A DNA stretch of 64,000 bases, from NCBI GenBank assembly GCA_951406725.2, contig OX597815.1:162936001-163000000 (forward strand), written 5' to 3'. Source of the DNA: Octopus vulgaris. Lineage: Eukaryota. Position 1 is the stretch's first letter. Every line of letters starts with the position of its first letter. Positions 39,960 through 54,846 of the stretch are shown in pieces. The notes under the pieces were generated by a model. The model was not told the origin of the DNA. It saw only the letters and a list, made by a program, of their open reading frames with translations, and did not search any database. A program made the position numbers and the translations under genes.

Positions 39960-40330
39960 ACTGAAGTGCCACTTTGTCTAGAATAGAAGGTTTGTGGCTT
40001 GCTTAATGGTAGTTTTGTTTGGATCTAAACTATTTATTAGTAATCTTAGCTAAATCAGTTTTAGCAGGGTTAATATGTCAATATTTAGGTTCTGCTATGA
40101 AGTTAGCTTGCGGTTCTTCAAAGAAGTTGGTTTGTGGTTCACCAATGTAATATAAGTTTGACTAAATGCCAACCATTCTACTTTGTCATCTATCTTCAGG
40201 GCAGAGGCTAAGTTTTTCACTTCTTTGTTAATTAAGTTGGGTGTATTTGGGTTTATTTCCTTATAAGCTTTTGTAATATTGCACATAGAAGTCTTGTGTA
40301 TGCAAAGTTATTGATCGTGTATAGATTGTT
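39960..40330 (-). pseudogene. Penelope-like RT N-terminal fragment
   Basis: NITKAYK..INKEVKNLASALKIDDKVE..YITLVNHKP, followed out of frame by NPAKTDLAKI (compare PLE ITLKDHK..INPAKS). Confidence 0.65.
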
Positions 40331-40593
40331 TGTATTGCCTTGCCAGTGGAAACAGGTATTTTTTTTTTTGTCAGAACATACTTTTACATACCTTTTCCAC
40401 ATACTCACACACACACGCATGTATATGTATATACATGTATGTATATATTTGTGTGTGTGAGTATATAACTATATATGCATGTATATATATACATACATAC
40501 ACACACACATATATGTATATATATATATACACACACACACACATATATGTATATATATATATATATATACATACATACATACATCCATCCATC

Positions 40594-40627
<34 letters not shown>

Positions 40628-40652
40628 TATAAAATATGTATATGTATATGTG

Positions 40653-40683
<31 letters not shown>

Positions 40684-40718
40684 ATGTATATGTATGTATA
40701 TATGTATATGTTTGTATG

Positions 40719-40749
<31 letters not shown>

Positions 40750-41498
40750 GGCTGCATTAATGTTTGTGTACAAGGTATGATCAGAAAGTTTCTGGACTGG
40801 ACATGCTCTAATCATACTTGTGCACAAAAAGTAATTCATGATGGAAATTGTTGGTAGTCAGCCTACTGAGTCAGTGTCCAAACAGGTTACATTCTATCTA
40901 CTTTTGTTCAGGAATATGTGTGTCCGTGTCCATATCTAATGATATCTAAAAATTTGTATCTTGAAAATTCCTCTTCACTCCTGAACCTTTGAGAGAAATT
41001 AAAAGGAACAGCTGCAGTTATTCAGACTATCTGTAACAAATAGAATTATTGAAAAGATGGACAGTTGTCTTCTACCAATGCCTGATTGAGACACTCTGTA
41101 CGCTTTGCTACCTACCCACCTTCCCTGTTCTTCTACCCTATTTCTCTCTTTCATACTCACCTTGTTCCTTGACCTCACATCTCATTCTCTCATTCCTGAT
41201 AGTGAATCCTTGTACTTACCACTTCAGCAAGACACTTTCTCCTGCCCCTTCTATCATGCTTTGATATCCCTCAATACTATACCCCACTCAGCTGTGAGAT
41301 CTTGTCTTGTCTTGTGGGTACTTGGTGACCTTACCAATGCTGGTGCCATGTAAAAAAAAGGCATACAGTACACTCTGCAAAGTAGTTGGGATTTGGAAGA
41401 GCATCCAGCTGTAGAAACCATATCACATGTCAAAGCAGACATTGGAGCTTGGTTCATGTCAAATTCTTCAATCTATGCCAGCATGGAAAAAAAGGATG

Positions 41499-42755
41499 TT
41501 AACCCTTTAGTATTAAAACCAATCATATCGGGCCCAAACATTCTCTCTGTTTTATGTTCAAATTGCCCAGATCAGATCTCTCACACCTATCCTACAATGT
41601 CATTTAAAAAAACAAACAATGACATCATTGAAATCTCGTGGCTACAACATAAAGTAATTTGTAACAATGTGAATAAATAAGCGTTACATTTAACAGAGTA
41701 ATATCTGAATGTTAAAGGGTTAAACCAGCCAAATCCAGTCTCTCACATTTATCCTGCATTGTCATTTTGGAAATGAGCAATCACATAATTGAGATCTCAA
41801 AGCTACAAGATCATGAATTGAAAACACTGTGAATAAATAAGCTTTATATTTGACAGAATGTCCCAGTGGTTAGGGCAGCAGACTCGCAGTTGGAGGATCA
41901 CGGTTTTGATTCCCAGACTGGGCGTTGTGTGTGTTTATTGAGCGAAAACACCTAAAAGCTCCACGAGGCTCCGGCAGGGTGAGGTGGCGACCCCTGTTGT
42001 ACTCTTTCGCCCCCAACTTTCTCTCACTCTTTCTTCCTGTTCCTTTGTTAACACTGCAATGGACTGGCATCCCGTCCAGCTGGGGGGAACACATACACCA
42101 CAGAAACCAGGAAACTGGACCCATGAGCCTGGCTAGGCTTGAAAAGGGTGCATAAATAAATAAAAATATATTTGACAGAATAATCTGAATACTAAAGGGT
42201 TAAACCAGCCAAATCCAGTCTCTCACGTCTATCCTGCATTGTCATTTTGGAAATAAGCAATCACATAATTGAGATCTCAAGGCGGTCAGCTAGCAGAATA
42301 GTTAGCATGCTGGGCAAAATGCCATTACGTTCTGAGTTCAAATTCCGTCGAGGTCGACTTTGCCTTTCATCCTTTCGGGGTCGATAAATTAAGTACCAGT
42401 TACGCACTGGGGTCGATATAATTGACTTAATCTGTTTGTCTGTCCCTGTTTGTCCCCTCTGTGTTTAGACCCTTGTGGGTAGTAAAGAAATACATAATTG
42501 AGATCTCAAAGCTACAAGATGATGAAATGAAAACACTGTGAATAAATAAGCTTTATATTTGACAGAGTAATCTGAATACTAAAGGCTTAAACCAGCCAAA
42601 TCCAGTCTCTCACTCCTGTCCTCTGTTGTCATTTTGGAAATGAGCAATCACATAATTGAGATCTTGAAGCTACAAGATAATGCGTGATTAATTCGAAATA
42701 ATTTGAATAAATAAACATTACATTTGACAGAGAGATCTGAATGCTAAAGAGTTAA
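41499..42755 (+). mobile_element. piggyBac-type (TTAA) MITE followed by three tandem copies of its right part
   Basis: TTAA-CCCTTTAG at 41499; AAAGGG-TTAA-like ends at ~41723, 42203, 42590 and 42755. Two SINEs are inserted with TSDs. Confidence 0.75.
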
Positions 42756-43464
42756 GTGAAGATATTAATGCTTATGATAATGATGTTGATTGTTTCAGTC
42801 TTGGTTTCTACAACTTGATAAAGTCCCTCAAATATGTCTGGAAATATATCCCCAAGGGATCTGACAATACTATATTTGTTCCAACACAGCAAAGCAGGGG
42901 CTGTGAAGTTACCCAGTTCCAGTACGAATAATTCTTCATCAATAATGTGGGTTTCTGATGAGATGGCAAGCTGGCAGAATTGTTACTATGCCAGGCAAAA
43001 TGCTTAGTGGCTTTTGTCTATCTTTATGTTCTGAGTTCAAATTCTGCTGAGGGTGACTTTGCCTTTCTTCCTTGGTGTTGATAAAATAAGAACTAGTTAA
43101 GCACTGGGGTTGATGTAATCGATTTACCACCACCTCGAAACTGTACCAAAATTTGAAACCAACAATGAGGGTTTTGGTGCTTATTTTCATGTTGCCAATT
43201 CAGGAAGATACTCCAGAATTTAAAAACTTGTGGTCCACTTAGAACATGGCCAAAAGTTTTGCTTCATTCAAGTAATTGCTTTACAACAAGTACAGAATCC
43301 AAGGGATGCATTTCTTACAGCCTTTTTAAAGCTGTGCTTGTATGAACCCTTAGCACAAACATTACTGGATTCCACTTTAATATGTGGACTATGGGGCCAT
43401 TTACACTTCAGCTTGCAGTCTACATCTCCACTTACACTTTAGTATGCAGTCTAACCAGAACTGT

Positions 43465-43526
43465 ACCCCTAACTCTATACCTAATCCAAAACCCTAACCC
43501 TAAACTTTAATCTAAATCCTAACCCA
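43465..43526 (+). repeat. short degenerate (CCCTAA)n telomere-like tract
   Basis: CCCTAACTCTATACCTAATCCAAAACCCTAACCCTAAACTTTAATCTAAATCCTAACCC. Confidence 0.5.
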
Positions 43527-46500
43527 GATCAGGTCATGTCACAGCATGGACTATGAATTCTGTGGTAGACCTAAGTAGCAACCCTTGCTGTACCATGAGG
43601 TTCTATTCTTCTGTACATTGAACAACAAAAATGGAGATGAAGAATTCAAAATATATCTGCTGAAGGCCAATGGGACATATTCTTTGAGCATGAAAAACGG
43701 ACGCTAAACGATGATGATGATGATGATGATGAGTGCCATTCGAAAAGAGTATACTATACACACTAACCAACAGAAATGCTTCTCCTCAAAGTGAGAGATT
43801 ACGGTTCATTTTAAAATCTTTGAATAGTAAATAGCAGATGTGTTTTATTCTTGGATTACCAGGAGATGCTGACCAGTAGGATGGGATGCAACATAGTCAG
43901 AAGCTTCTGTATCTCAACAACCAAGAAATAGTCTTAGGGATTTTTTCATTTTCCTATAAAAATACTGTGAACCATCCACTCTGCTCCAGCTCTGGCTCAA
44001 GTTTTGTTATGTCATTGCCAAAGAAAATCAAGTATCAAGCTCAACAGATGTATTCACTGCCTCATGATTATGAGTCTGACACTCTTACCACTGAGTCATG
44101 CACCTTTATATATATTGGGTACAGCTCTAATATCATATAAGCTGAGTGTCTTCACAACTCTTCATGTTGTTTCTTCTTCATTGTAGTTATTGCAGTCTCC
44201 TTATTTGAATGTGTGGATTTTCTCTAGGCATTCCAGTTTCTGCAAACTACAAGAATGATGTTAGTTCCATGAAGTGTATTCTTCCTGAAACTCCAGTTTG
44301 TACTAATTGTTCAAATTATTTTAAGAATTATGAAATAACCAGAATACAAGATAATAAATTTATGTTCAATAATAATTTCAAACGAAATTTAAAATGCATT
44401 CAAATTTATTTAATCCAATGATATTACTTAATTTACTTGAATTACAAATATGTTGTTTACACAATTAAATTACAAAATGTACTGTTAATACTGAGTGCAT
44501 ATTATGCAATTTGCTGTTAATATTGAGTGCATTAGACAGTCGGGTGCTGAAAATGCACTTGATAACAACTGCATTTCTTATAAGAAAGATAACTTCTCAA
44601 GAACAGTGTTGCATCAGACTGAATACACTCTCATTAAGAACAATTCCTCCTCATCATCATCATCGTTTAACGTCCGCTTTCCATGCTAGCATGGGTTGGA
44701 CGGTTCGACCGAGGATCTGGGAAGCCAGAATGCTGCACCAGGCCAGTCAGATCTGGCAATATTTCTACAGCTGGATGCCCTTCCTAACGCCAACCACTCC
44801 GTGAGTGTAGTGGGTGCTTTTTACGTGCCACCTGCACAGGTGCCAGGCGAGGCTGGCAAACGGCCACGGTCGGATTGGTGTATTTTACATGCCACCGGCA
44901 CAGAAGCCAGTCGAGGCGGCGCTGGCATCGGCCACGAGTTGGATAGTGCTTTTTACGTACCACCAGACCAGGGATCCTGGCTGGTTCAATTCGATTTCAA
45001 TTTTGATTTGAGAATAATTAAGAATAATTTATAGCTATGAATAATTAAGAATAATTTACAGCTATGTTTCAGCATGGGAAATAATGCTGGATATTCTGAT
45101 AATATATCTACAGAATGGTGTATATATTTCTGAGTATGTGCCAGTGAGTGTGTGTGTATATATATATATATATATAAGTCTGTGTAAATGTGTGTATATT
45201 TAGTTAATGCGCCATAAGCAAGTGTTGTGGTTTAAATGAATGAAAAAATGTGGAGAACTTTAAACGAAAAAATTTCCAAACAAATTTGTAGATTGCAAGA
45301 ATATATATGGAAAAATGTAGAAATCAAACAATAATAAAATGGATATTGAATAATATGTATTGATAACTTGAAAACAATTTGAAGGAAACATTCAGTTTCA
45401 GACGATAGATATATGAAATTATTGAGAATGTGAAGAACGTTAAAAAAAAAAAGACCTGTAATTTTGAGAGTGAATATGTAATTGTAAAAGCGATATAAAA
45501 TATAATAAATGGGTATTATATTAAAAAATAATAATGTTGGACATGAAAATATTAAAATTTGTAAAAATCATTGAATGTAAAACTTTAAATGATTCGGGGT
45601 GAAATAATTATATCACGAAATATTTAGAATGATGTATATTTGGAATGATGAAAAAACAAAAAAAAAAAGAGTATACAAAGAACATAAAAACAAAAGCAGG
45701 AAACAAGAGCTAGTATTTTAGGAAAATTATTTTTCATCTTTTAGTTTTCCTGTGAAAATAAAGAGATGAAGACATGCATACTTGCATACATACATACATA
45801 CATACATACATACATACATACATACATGCGCACATATTTGAAGGTACACAATACACATGCATACGTATATATTACTGTTATATTCATCATCATCAGCAGC
45901 AGCAGCAGCTGCAGCAGTAGTAGCAATTGTAGCAGCATTATCATCATCAGCATTATTTTAGTTTCCACTTTTCTGTGCTTGTGTGAGTCAGATGGAATTT
46001 ATTGAGGTAGATTTTCTACACCCAAATACCCTCATTGTTGCCAACCCTCTCCCGTTTCCTAGAAAAGTAATATATTCCCCATGACCAGACATGTTTTCAT
46101 GGAAGACTGGAAATGGAAGATGCCAGTTTTATGAAGATGACACTTGCTTATAACTATCATGTGATATGAAGACAAGACAGTACAAATACATACACACACA
46201 CTACAGACTTGTTTTAGTTTCTGTCTACCAAATCCACTTAGTGTAAAGCTACTATAGAAGATACTTGCCTGTGTATGTATGTATGTATGTATGTATGTAT
46301 GTATGTATGTATGTATGTATGTATGTATGTATGCATGTATGTATGTATGTAGGTATGTATTTATGTATGGATGGATGGATGTGCTCCTCCTACTCTTCCT
46401 CTTAATCTTCCTCTTCCTCTTCCTTCTCCTTTTCCTCCTCATCATCAACTAATACAGCTAGGAGCCTCCTGACATTAATTAATAAGTATTTTCCAAGAAT

Positions 46501-48275
46501 CCAGAAATATCATAAACTCTTTAACTCCTATAACGTCAAAGTTAGCTACTCATATTTAGATGATATCACTTCCAGTGCTGCACATCATAACAGACACAAT
46601 ATGCACCTACTCAGACTTCACTTGATGCTCTAATCTGTAACTTCTGAAATCCTACCAACTGCTCACTTGGAGGATCCTGCCTCTCAAATGCTGCAGTCTA
46701 TAAAGACATCTTTGCAGCATCTATAACATCACAAGATGCTATAACAGCATGACAACCAATAACTTTAAAAGTAGTTACTTGCAACACATGTATTCCTTCA
46801 GGTCAAGAAACAGGAAAACTCTACTTCCTTGTTCTAATTTAACTGGAGACTGAGTCTATTATAACAATTCTCCCAACATCACAAGGAATGTGCTTAACAG
46901 GGTCCCTTTTTACTGGCTTGGAGCTTGTAATTGCCAACTCTGCTACCATGAGAAATTGCATATACTTCACCAACCTGCAATGACCTATCATATTGTTGAT
47001 AAAAAAGGTAAGCTCTATTAATGAACTACGAATCTTAAGCTGCTGATAACCTGGATACACCAACTGAGGCCTAGCAGCTCTCCAATTTTATTGTTGTCAT
47101 CTACTACAGATATTGTGTTTTAGTTTCTTTGAGTTGTAGTTGACTTGTATTTTTCTTAGTATTTATGATTATTCACTTTCATAACTCAATATTTTTGACA
47201 TCATGCATATATGTATTTCTTTTGTATTGCATGTCACAGAACTATGTCTAAAAGTCTATTTCAATACGTCAATGTATGAGTGCTTTTCAATTCGGGAGCA
47301 AATTATTCTTGCAGTTCTTAACAGATATAGATCTGGGTTCACTATCATCCTACCAAGGACTTTTACTATTGCTGTTCTATTCTGTTAAGTCAGAGTTTGC
47401 TTTGGTAGAATTGTAACTACTTAGTTAATTATCTAGTTTATTGATTATCTGATTAATATTAGATGCATCAAAGGCAGTGAACTAGCAGAATCATTAGAAT
47501 ACCAAGTAAAATGCTTAGCAGCATTTCATCCATCTTTACATCTTTACATTCTTAGTTCAAATTCTGTTGAGGTCAACTTTGCTTTTCATCCTTTCGGAGT
47601 CAATAAAATAAGTACCAGTTGAGCAGTGGGAGTAATATAATTGACATTCATCCTACCTCGAATTTACTGGCCTTGTGTCAAAATTTGAAACCAATATTGG
47701 CCTCACACATAAATGACAAAGACCAAGACCCCTGAGATATGCTGTGTCTGTGATGACCCGACAAATGAAATGAGTTCATGGCTCGCAGGACGGCCTTCTG
47801 TGCTAACCTCGGATCGTAGAGTGACCCGTTGTTCTTGAGGAGACCTATTAAGTCAAGTACGTCAACACCAACATCAAAATAAAAATCAAATGGAAATTGT
47901 AGTTAAGACACCTGTGCCGGTGGCACGTAAAAAGTACCGCCCGCATGTGGCAGATGCCAGCGCCACCTGACTGGCGTCCGTGTTGGTGACACGTAAAAGC
48001 ACCAACCGATCATGGCTGCTCTGGCCCCTGTGCTGGTGGCACGTAAAAAGGACCCACTACACTCATGGAGTGGTTGGCATTAGGAAGGGCATCCAGCTGT
48101 AGAAACACTGCCAAATCAGACTAGAGTCTGGTGCAACCTCCATGGCTTCCCAGAGCCCAGTCGAACCGTCCAACCCATACTAGCATGGAAACGGACGTTA
48201 AATGATGATGATGATGACGATGATGATGATGATGATTAGATGTATCAAGTTGTACTATCTAACTGGCCTTACTTT

Positions 48276-48324
<49 letters not shown>

Positions 48325-49469
48325 CCATCATCATCATCATTATCATTTAAAGTCCATCTTCCATGCTAGCATGGGTTGAATCGTATGACAGGAGCTGGCC
48401 AGGAAGAAGACTGTACCAGACTTCTCTATCTGTTTTGGTATGGTTTTTATGGCTGGATACCCTTCCTAACACCAACCATCCAGCAGAATGGACTGAATGT
48501 TTTTTGCATGGCACCAGCACAGGTGAGGTCAGTTTTGGCATGGTTTCTTTATAGCTGGATGCCTTTCCAAATATCAACTACTTCACAGTGTGGACTGGGT
48601 GTTTTTTACATGACACCAGCACTGGCAGGGTCACTAATAACTTAGAAGACAAAGGATTTTGACAGGGACCGGGAAGGAGGCATTATAAGAAGTGATCTTG
48701 TATCAGATGATGAATGATTAGCATGTGACTGAAAGACAGAGACAGAAACAGGTTATATGTAATATTATTTAATAAGAAGGTGGCGAGTTGGCAGAAACAT
48801 TAGCACACCGGCGAAATGCTTAGTGGTACTTCATCTGTCTCTATGTTCTGAGTTCAAATTCTGCCAAGGTCGACTTTGCTTTTCATCCTTTTGCAATCGA
48901 TAAATTAAGTACCAGTTGCATACTGGGGTTAACCTAATCGACTGGCCCCCTCCCCCAAAATTTTGGGCTCTGTGCCTAGAGTAGAAAAGAATATTATTTA
49001 GTAAGACTAAACACTAATATGCTCAATACGTTTTCCAAAATATCAATATTATAATATAATACACAAACTTAAGAGATGACAGTCTATCTGTAATATTTTT
49101 AAAAATGCTAATGAAAATATGAAATGCTAATGCAAATATGAAATACATAGCTATTAGATTCTTGTGAAGAGAAATATAACAAGAAAGCTGTCTGGTAATG
49201 TTTTTCTTAAACTAAAAGCCGTGAAGTATTACATAACATAGGAATGAACAATTAATGTCAGTCTTGCATGGCTAGACATCTTTGATGAGAAGAAATACGA
49301 TTTCAAATAATCTAGTTACAACACCCAGCATAATATTAATCATTAGCAGTAAGGTGAAGGTTAGCGTGGCAAAAGCGAGAATTTTATAAATATTATAATA
49401 AAAGTAAATGTTTGTAATGAATTAGTTATGATATCAAGGCGAGAGCCAACAACACAAGTTTCTTAATCT

Positions 49470-49780
49470 AAAGGTAAAAGGTAAAGACCTCCACTTTGGT
49501 CATGAATGACCATGGTATTGCCCCTAGAGAGCTCTCCTCTGAGGCGCAAGTTTGGGCAAGGTTGTTTATGGAAGACTGGCAGTTGGTTGCCCATGCATAC
49601 TTGCCTCCCCTCTCCACACCATCAATGTTATCCAAGGGAAAGGCAAAGGGTGATACAGCTTGGCACCAGTGACGTCGCAACTCATTTCTACAGCTGAGTG
49701 AACTGGAGCTATGTGAAATAAAGCGTCTTGCTGAAGAACACAACTCACCGCCTGGTCTGGGAATCAATATCACAACCTCA
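49470..49780 (-). mobile_element. tRNA-derived SINE (family E)
   Basis: TTGTGTTCTT(C/G)AGCAAGAC..GCTCCAGTTCACTCAGC..GGTATGCATGGGC..CCATGGTCATTCATGAC. Copies at ~50610-50955(-), 53308-53520(+), 58793-59138(+) and 61215-61410(+). Confidence 0.75.
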
Positions 49781-49832
49781 TATATATATATATACACATA
49801 CACACACACACACACACATATATATATGTATG

Positions 49833-49907
<75 letters not shown>

Positions 49908-50434
49908 TTATACATATATATATATACACACACATATATATATTTATACATACATATATATATATACTCTCTTTTACTCTCTTTTACATGTTTCAGTCAT
50001 TTGACTGTGGCCATGCTGGAGCACCGCCTTTAGCCGAGCAAATCGACCCCGGGACTTATTCTTTGTAAGCCCAGTACTTATTCTATCGGTCTTTTTTGCC
50101 GAACCGCTAAGTGACGAGGACGTAAACACACCAGCATCGGTTGTCAAGCAATGCTAGGGGGACAAACACAGACACACAAACACATACATATATACGACAG
50201 GCTTCTTTCAGTTTCCGTCTACCAAATCCACTCACAAGGCATTGGTCGGCCCGAGGCTATAGTAGAAGACACTTGCCCAAGATGCCACGCAGTGGGACTG
50301 AACCCGGAACCATGTGGTTGGTTAGCAAGCTACTTACCACACAGCCACTCCTTAATATATATATACACACATATATATATTTCCTCCATGATAGATTGCT
50401 AGCCACTACACATTCTTTATTTTCTCTCCTTGTT

Positions 50435-50472
50435 TCTTTCTGTGGAAGAGCGTAGGCTCGAAACGTTAAAGA
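50435..50472 (+). ncRNA. minimal type I hammerhead motif, A6U variant
   Basis: tcttt CTGTGGA A GAGC gtag GCTC GAAA CG T T aaaga. 5-bp stem I, 4-bp stem II, AACGTT palindrome. The element is bounded by (TA)n. Confidence 0.7.
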
Positions 50473-51098
50473 CTTTTTCACTCCCCAAGTGTTATACTAA
50501 TACATCTATTTGTTGTCTACACCACCTGTCTTTGTCTTTTGTTTTTTTTTTGTGAATTCTTCCCATATATATGTGTATATATATATGTATGTGTGTGTGT
50601 CTGTGTGTGTGTAAAGACCCCGTTTGGTCATGAATGACCATGGGATTGCACCTAGAAAGTTCCTTCCAAAGTACATGTCCAGGCAAGCTTGTTTATGGAA
50701 GACCAGTAGTCACCCATGCATACCAGCCTCCTCTCTCCATGCTACCAATGTTATCCAAGGGAAAAGGCAAAGGCCGATACAGTTTGGAACCAGTGATGCA
50801 GTGATGCTGCAACTCATTTCTATAGCTAAGTGAACTGCAGCAACTTGAAATAAAGTGTCTTGCTCAAGAACACAATAAACAGCCCAGTCTTGGAATTGAA
50901 CTCACTACCTCATGGTTGTGAGCCTGACACTCTAACCACTGAGCCATGTGCCTTCCTTCTTAATCTATCACTACTATATATAAATGCACCATATAGATAT
51001 TCTTCCATTGTGCCAAAGCTATTTATCTCAGATAAATGTCTGGAGATGATAAGAATTTTCCAGTGCTCTCTCTGTCTCTCTGTTTATATATATGTGTG

Positions 51099-51137
<39 letters not shown>

Positions 51138-52018
51138 GTGAATTCATGAATCAAAGGAAAAATTTTATTGAAATTTGAAGGAATAAATTCTGAAGTATAC
51201 TCAATAAATTTTGATGCTACTTTCTTTAACAACTACTGATAAGTAGGAATTGTAAAATATTCGAATGAAAACAGCTTTCAACATTATCTATGTTATGCAG
51301 CCAGCATATTTCGATAGAAATACAAATGTTGAATATTATATAAACATTTAGTAAATGTCACTTCTTATGAAATGTAAAAACAGTGGAGCATTGATATGCA
51401 AGACATAAAGCTGTAAATCAGCACACTGTAGACTTGTACCATGTCATTTAAATTATTATGTGTGTGATATTTCCTAACTAGGATTCATTGGATGGCTGGC
51501 TGTATAAAATCATCATCATTCTCATCATCATCATCGTCGTCGTTGCCATCATCATCATCATCATCATCATCATCTTCATCATCAACATCTTTGACTTAAT
51601 ATCCACTTTTTCAAATAGATGGTTGAGATGGAATTTTGCTGGGGTGAATTTTCTTACAGCTGGATGCTCTTGCTGTCACCAACCCTCCTCACCTGTCTCC
51701 AAGAAAGGCAATGTTACCCCATGACTAGACATGTTTCCATGAAAGATTGGGAATGAAAGACACTGCTTTGAATCGTGGAGACATTCATTTACAACTGTCA
51801 TACAACGCCAAGGCGAGGAAATAGTAATTCACTTATGCACACACAGTGCTCAACTGGTACTTGTTTTATCGACCCCAAAAAGATGAAAGGCAAAGTTGGC
51901 CTTGGCAGAATTTGAACTCAGAACATAAGGACTGGTGAAATGCTGCTAAGCATTTTGCCCAGCATGCTAATGATTCTTTCCAGCTCTTTGCCTTAATAAA
52001 AATAATGAAAGTACTAAG

Positions 52019-52393
52019 AAGAAGAGCACTCTGAGAGCGCAAACCTCTGCCAAGGTAACACCTATGTCCTCTCAATGATTCGCCAGAGATGATTTTTTAA
52101 AATGAGAATATCTGAAATAAACTCAACTGCCCTCACAAACTAGAATACTAAAAATGAACCTGACCACTCTCAAAGATTAAGTAAAAAAAACTGGAAAAAT
52201 AATCCAGAATCTTTGTTCAGTACTGGATCAATCCCAAAATCTAATCAGTTCGTGCCAGTCACAAGGCCAAACATCCCTGAAAGTTTCATCCTAATCCATC
52301 CTGCAGTTCTTGAGATATCTTGTTCATGGACAAACAACAAAACAAACATGACTGAAAACAATACCTCCGTCTTCGTTAAGGCAGAGGTAATAA
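52019..52393 (-). mobile_element. Helentron-associated (HINE/DINE-like) element
   Basis: Minus strand: 5' ACCTCTGCC-8 nt-GACGGAGGT hairpin; 3' subterminal repeat GGCAGAGGT, then GCGCTC-TCA-GAGTGC stem-loop and a T-rich end. Confidence 0.65.
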
Positions 52394-54846
52394 TTTTCAC
52401 AGAGAGGGAGTAATGACACAGCCCCAGTACATGACTGGTGCTTATTTTATTGACTTTCCTGCCAGAAGGATAAAATGCAAAATAAAACCAGGTGGTATTT
52501 GAACTCAGAATATAAGGTAGGGAGGCTAAATACTTTAAGACATTTGGTCTGGTGTTCAACCAGTTCCAGTGATCTATAACTCTTAGGTTAGAAATCTGAG
52601 GAAAGAGAGTTAGTCAATTTGAATCAACCCCAGTTTTTCACTGGTACTTTATTTTGTTGATCATCGAAGGATAAAAAACGAAGTTGACTTCAGCAGGACT
52701 TAAACTCAGAATCTAGAAAGCCAGAGCAGATATAACAAGCATTTTGTCTGATTCTTAAATGATTCTACCAATCTATTGGCTGAAAACAGTAGCAGTAGCA
52801 AGCAACAGTAGCAGTAGCAGCAGCAGAAACAACAACAACAACAACATAATTTCAGTAAATAAATCACTATCACAAACCCAGGTCGTTAATTACATAAAAG
52901 TTGTTAAAAGACTTGTTTTTGTTCTCACTGAAATTATTCATTCCTCATAAAATCATTTGTTTCTCAAATGAGTAAGCACTTTGATTAAATATCACTCACT
53001 TGGAATATCTAAATGAAATTAGTATAAGACAATGAACATTCATTCTGTGTACAGTGCTTGAGCAGTTGCAGAAGTCACTGTTTTTTTTTTTTATCCTTTA
53101 TCTTGCAACAAGGATCAAATATACTTCTGTCTATATATAAGATACACTCCTACTCTCTTAAGCACATGAAGCACAATCTGACGGTCGTTCAGAGACTCTT
53201 ATGAGAAGCTTTGTCTGTGGCAGTGGTTCTCAACTGAGGTCCCTGGGGCCCTTGGAGGTCCATAGAAGATTTTGTTATTAGAATATATGTGCAATATACT
53301 ATTTATGTGAAGACACATGGCTCAGTGGTTAGAGCATTGGGCTCACAATCATGAGGTAGTGAGTTCAATTCTCAGATCGGGCTGTGTGTTGTGTTCTTGA
53401 GCAAGACACTTTATTTCACATTGCTCCAGTTCACACTCAGCTGTAGAAATCAGTTGTGATGTCACTGATGCCAAGCTGTATTGGCCTTTGCCTTTCTCTT
53501 GGATAACATCAGTGACTCAGAGGGGTGCTTACGACGGTCTGTTACTAAATGCCTCATTTGATATGTTAGAAATAGCAACTAAACCTCTCAAATCTCATCT
53601 TCCACTTTAACTCTCTTGTTACCATATTTCCATTGAAGTACACTGCCTGTTTCAGTTAATTTTGAAAATAATGACGAATTAATTAAAATAACTTTGTCAT
53701 TATTTAAAATTGGGAAGGAGGGGAGCTGGCAGAACCATTAGCACGCCAAGTGAAATGCTGCATGGTATTTCATTTGTCTTTACGTTCTGAGTTCAGATTC
53801 TGCCGAGGTTGACTTTGCCTTTCATCCTTTTGGGGTCGATAAATTAAATACCAGTTGTGTACTGGGGTCGATCTAATCAACTGGCTCCACTCCCAAAAAA
53901 TTTCGGGCCTTGTGCCTAGAATAGTAAAGATTATTTAAAACTGGTGTTTAAGGCATAAATTAACATGAAATTTTGATAGAAGGTTTTAATTTAGTTGTGT
54001 CTGGAGAGAGTCATTTTCTTTTTGTGCCTTATAATGTAACACACTCACCGGTAAAATTTCCACTTATTTTTTATTTTTATGTTCCTAAAGTTTTCATTGC
54101 GTCTTGCAACCTTTAATTTAGATCACTTTAAAACAGGAAGTTTGTATCATAGAACAGGGGCTGTCTCAAGTTGGTTGATGTCAAAACATTTAATCTTTGC
54201 GCTGTAAAAATCAGATACATCCACCCAAAATTTCATTACCATGTGGAAAGCAGTTTTATACACTAATCTATGTTTTGTTGAGGAATATCATGTTTGACAC
54301 TGTTGTTGTTGAGTTTATTTTTTTCTACTCTAGACACATGGCCTGAAATTTTGGAGTATGGGGGGGGGGCAGTCGATTAGATCGACTCCCAGTATGCAAC
54401 TGGTACTTAATTTATCAACCCTGAAAGGATGAAAGGTAAAGTCGACCTTGGCAGAATTTCAACTTAGAACATAAAGACAAATGAAATACTGCTAAGCATT
54501 TTGCCCAGCATGCTAACGTTTCTGCCAGCTCGCTGCCTTGACATGTCAAGTTTACTGAGGTTACATGACTTGCAGAAGATACCAATTCTATTTTTTGGTA
54601 GATATTTAAGATCATTTTTGGAATATAGTCTTGACCTAGATCCTCTGTGGTGATCTAAAACACTGGATGACCTGGAGAGATTTAATTTAATTTCCTTGTC
54701 ATTTAAAGGGAGGGGGTTTAATCAATTAAAACAACCCAATATCTAACTGGTATTTTATTTTGTCTTTGGAGGAATAAAAGACAGCCGTAAAACCCATGTC
54801 ACAACAGACACTGGAGCTCAATGTAGTCCTTGGATACAGATCCCAA

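Noticed and set aside
43465-43526. True telomere or chromosome-fusion scar
   Set aside because: Only ~60 bp, degenerate, and in a single orientation.
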